In this document: positions 61,247-64,000 of the stretch, piece after piece
Layout: each line of letters begins with the position of its first letter
How positions within the stretch are numbered: the first letter of the stretch is position 1
Source: Lachnospiraceae bacterium
Lineage (GTDB): Bacteria > Bacillota > Clostridia > Lachnospirales > Lachnospiraceae
Length of the DNA: 64,000 nucleotides
Assembly (NCBI GenBank): GCA_017473905.1
Contig: JAFUJA010000031.1
Coordinates: 10,914 to 74,913 of the forward strand
Reading direction: 5' to 3'
Position numbers and translations under genes: made by a program
The notes under the pieces: generated by a model
What the model saw: only the letters and a program-made list of their open reading frames with translations
Databases searched by the model: none
Told to the model about the DNA's origin: nothing

Positions 61247-61867
61247 ATGAAAAAAAAGATTTTTGGATGGAATGATTTTTTCGGCCGGAAGCAAAATTTA
61301 TTGATTTTGTTTCCGGTCGGTTTTTTTCTCGGGATCATTTTGGGAATATCGGTTTTTAGAATAGCAAGCGGAAAAGAAATCGTAGCTTCTTGTCTGTCTG
61401 CACTAAGAGATATCGAAATCTATTATCCTGCATTTTTGTGTTATGTCATTTGGGCCAGAGTAGTAGATATTATGTTTTATGTCATCATTGTATTTATTCC
61501 GCCCGGTCCTATGTTATATTTTATCAGAGTTTTGTTTCTGGGAGTACAATGTGGCTGCATGATAACCGGATTCGCCTGGGTGGAAGGTTTTACGGGAATT
61601 GCAGTTTTTATATTGGGATGTTTTCCCCATTGGCTTTTATATGCACCGGCATTGTATGCGGGATATGATTATTTTCTTGTGATATGGAGTGGTGTGCATA
61701 ATAATGACCGTAACAGTCAAACAAAAAATGTTTATTTCCATCATACATCATCGCATTTTTTTAAAGGCATTTTGCTTCTTGGTGTAGTTGTCATAATAGG
61801 AATGTTAACAGAATGTTATGTAAATTCATTTTTTGTAAAACTTTTTACAAATTTTTTTATTTCATGA
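61247..61867 (+). CDS. SpoIIM-like membrane protein (divergent)
   Basis: Multi-TM; G.FPHWLLY.P and ECYVN motifs; position between nudF and xerD. Confidence 0.65.
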   Translation: MKKKIFGWNDFFGRKQNLLILFPVGFFLGIILGISVFRIASGKEIVASCLSALRDIEIYYPAFLCYVIWARVVDIMFYVIIVFIPPGPMLYFIRVLFLGVQCGCMITGFAWVEGFTGIAVFILGCFPHWLLYAPALYAGYDYFLVIWSGVHNNDRNSQTKNVYFHHTSSHFFKGILLLGVVVIIGMLTECYVNSFFVKLFTNFFIS

Positions 61868-61868
61868 A

Positions 61869-61884
61869 TCACAAGATATTGTGA
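61869..61884. promoter_or_regulatory. NrdR-box-like palindrome upstream of xerD
   Basis: TCACAA-GATA-TTGTGA; resembles the consensus acaCwAtATaTwGtgt. Confidence 0.5.
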
Positions 61885-62047
61885 CCTGTTGTTTGGTTCG
61901 GTCAACATTTAGGAAAACCCCTTAATTTATAAGGATTTTTTCAAAATTATGTTAATTTTTTAATTGCTTTTCTAAGTAAAAATGTCTATAATGGTACTTG
62001 CACAGTCAATGATTGACATAAATACGATAGAGAAGGATTATAGGTTG

Positions 62048-62932
62048 ATGGAACAAAGGATAGATGCATTTATAGAATATATGCATAGCGTTAAAAAAAC
62101 ATCGACAAATACAGAACTATCATATAAGCGTGATTTGACGAAGCTGAGCAATTATCTGCGGGAGCAGGGAATTTTGGATTGTCATAAGGTTACTGCCGGT
62201 CATTTACAGGATTTTGTAACGGATATGCAACGTCGTAATTTCTCTGCGGCAACGATATCAAGAACCATTGCGTCCATGAAATCTTTCTGGCAGTATTTGC
62301 TTTTACAAGGGGTTACAAAGACAGATGCGGCAGCATCTTTGAAGGCACCGAAAATTGAAAAGAAAATGCCGGAAATACTTACCGAAAAGGAGGTTATCCG
62401 GTTATTGGAACAGCCTTCCGGTGACACTCCCAAGCAGATTCGTGATCGTGCCATGATGGAACTTTTATATGCTACCGGAATCAGAGTTACGGAATTGATT
62501 ACCCTCAAGGTATCGGATGTAAATCTGACCATGGGATTTATTGTATGCAGGGATGCCCAGAAGGAAAGAGTGATTCCCTTCGGAGCAAAAGCGAAAGCTG
62601 CTTTGATTGCGTACATGAATAAAACCCGTGATATTATGGTGGAGAACCCGAATTCGGATATTTTATTTGCTAATTGCTCCGGAGAAGAAATGAGCCGTCA
62701 GGGCTTCTGGAAAATTATCAAGTATTATGCGAAAAAGGCGGGCATTGTAACGGATATTACACCCCATACGTTACGTCATTCTTTTGCAGCCCATCTTGTG
62801 GAAAACGGAGCTGATTTAAAGAGTGTGCAGGAAATGCTGGGACATTCCGATATTTCCACAACACAAATATATGTGAATATGACACACAATCATTTGCGGG
62901 AAGTTTATGATAATGCTCATCCCCGCAGCTAG
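62048..62932 (+). CDS. xerD: Site-specific tyrosine recombinase XerD
   Basis: [62 protein letters not shown]. Confidence 0.93.
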   Translation: MEQRIDAFIEYMHSVKKTSTNTELSYKRDLTKLSNYLREQGILDCHKVTAGHLQDFVTDMQRRNFSAATISRTIASMKSFWQYLLLQGVTKTDAAASLKAPKIEKKMPEILTEKEVIRLLEQPSGDTPKQIRDRAMMELLYATGIRVTELITLKVSDVNLTMGFIVCRDAQKERVIPFGAKAKAALIAYMNKTRDIMVENPNSDILFANCSGEEMSRQGFWKIIKYYAKKAGIVTDITPHTLRHSFAAHLVENGADLKSVQEMLGHSDISTTQIYVNMTHNHLREVYDNAHPRS

Positions 62933-62970
62933 TGTGTATTTATTATAAAAACAGGAGATTTAAGACAGAA

Positions 62971-64000
62971 ATGACTATTTATGAAGAATTGCAGGCCAGA
63001 GGTTTGCTTGCACAGTTAACCGATGAAGAAGAAATCAAAGAATTAATCAATAATGGTAAGGCAACTTTTTATATTGGCTTTGACCCTACTGCAGACAGCC
63101 TTCATGTAGGTCACTTTATGGCTCTCTGCCTTATGAAGAGACTTCAGATGGCAGGAAATAAGCCCATTGCATTAATTGGTGGCGGTACGGGTATGATTGG
63201 TGACCCTTCCGGTAAATCTGATATGCGTAAAATGCTTACCAAGGAAATTATTCAGCACAATTGTGATTGTTTCAAAGAGCAGATGAGCAAGTTTATCGAT
63301 TTTTCAGACGGAAAAGCAATGATGGTAAACAATGCTGACTGGCTTTTGGATTTGAACTATGTAGAATTTTTAAGAGATATCGGACCTCATTTCTCCGTAA
63401 ACAGAATGCTTACTGCAGAGTGTTACAAACAGAGAATGGAAAAGGGATTAAGCTTTTTAGAGTTTAACTATATGATTATGCAGAGCTATGACTTCCTTAT
63501 GCTTTATGAGAAGTATGGCTGTAATATGCAGTTTGGCGGTGATGACCAGTGGAGCAATATGCTTGGCGGTACCGAGCTGATCCGTCGTAAACTTGGTAAA
63601 GATGCTTATGCAATGACAATTACCCTGCTTCTTAATTCTGAAGGCAAGAAGATGGGTAAGACTGAGAAGGGTGCTGTATGGCTTGATGCGAATAAGACTT
63701 CACCTTTCGAATTCTACCAGTATTGGAGAAATGTAGGGGATGCGGATGTTTTAAAATGTATTCGTATGCTTACCTTCCTTCCTTTGGAAGAAATCGATAA
63801 AATGAGTGACTGGGAAGGCAGTCAGTTAAATACAGCCAAAGAAATTCTTGCATTTGAATTAACCAAAATGATTCATGGCGAAGAAGAAGCTGTAAAAGCT
63901 CAGGAATCTGCAAAAGCATTATTTGGCGGTGGCGGAAACAACGCAAATATGCCTACCTACACATTACAGGAAGAAGATTACAGAGACGGAAGCATCGATT
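62971..64000 (+). CDS. tyrS: Tyrosine--tRNA ligase, 5' part (runs off the window; absent from the ORF track)
   Basis: Translated by hand: [40 protein letters not shown]; AGGAG RBS. Confidence 0.95.
   Translation, partial: MTIYEELQARGLLAQLTDEEEIKELINNGKATFYIGFDPTADSLHVGHFMALCLMKRLQMAGNKPIALIGGGTGMIGDPSGKSDMRKMLTKEIIQHNCDCFKEQMSKFIDFSDGKAMMVNNADWLLDLNYVEFLRDIGPHFSVNRMLTAECYKQRMEKGLSFLEFNYMIMQSYDFLMLYEKYGCNMQFGGDDQWSNMLGGTELIRRKLGKDAYAMTITLLLNSEGKKMGKTEKGAVWLDANKTSPFEFYQYWRNVGDADVLKCIRMLTFLPLEEIDKMSDWEGSQLNTAKEILAFELTKMIHGEEEAVKAQESAKALFGGGGNNANMPTYTLQEEDYRDGSID

Noticed and set aside
62048-62932. Tyrosine recombinase as a phage or ICE integrase
   Set aside because: XerD-specific motifs (SRQGFWK, ENGADL) and nudF-spoIIM-xerD synteny indicate the housekeeping enzyme
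1-64000. Numerous short antisense or alternate-frame ORFs in the supplied track (e.g. 24805-25509, 19275-19865, 26211-26783)
   Set aside because: They lie within well-supported genes, lack RBSs and motifs, and are expected shadows of codon bias
1-64000. CRISPR array, tRNA, rRNA, transposase or prophage genes
   Set aside because: No regularly spaced repeats, cloverleaf or rRNA-like tracts, or mobile-element proteins seen; intergenic gaps are short

Overview
A mostly core-chromosomal 64 kb segment of a Clostridia-class Firmicute. Gene order and protein style suggest Lachnospiraceae (inference). Nearly all genes are on the + strand. In order: a DUF711/PFL-like gene end, a 2,000-aa BspA-type LRR surface protein, tmcAL/pta, an inverted stand-alone rpmF, plsX-acpP-rnc-smc-ftsY, ylxM-ffh-rpsP-khpA, rimM-trmD, rplS-lepB-rbgA-lepB-rnhB, fliK-like/flhB-like/yraN, cysK, an ABC exporter pair, patatin, a shortened spo0A, glgA, rqcH, yloC-remA-gmk-rpoZ, rimO-pgsA-cinA, recA-recX-rny, an aminotransferase, nudF-spoIIM-like-xerD and the 5' part of tyrS. 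I saw no rRNA, tRNA, CRISPR array, transposase or prophage. Four things stand out. (1) An AT-rich ~3.3 kb islet inside the rpsP-khpA-rimM operon carries a divergent Xre regulator and a three-gene operon (hypothetical, TerB-like, YeeR-like membrane protein with an E..PD..QxK nuclease-like motif); it is a candidate uncharacterised defence system. (2) The spo0A has lost most of its receiver domain but keeps the DNA-binding domain and two perfect upstream 0A boxes. (3) A membrane-anchored beta-lactamase-fold protein has all three catalytic motifs replaced. (4) The pta-rpmF-plsX locus is rearranged and contains a REP-like palindromic element. All family assignments come from motif recognition by eye; no database searches were run.
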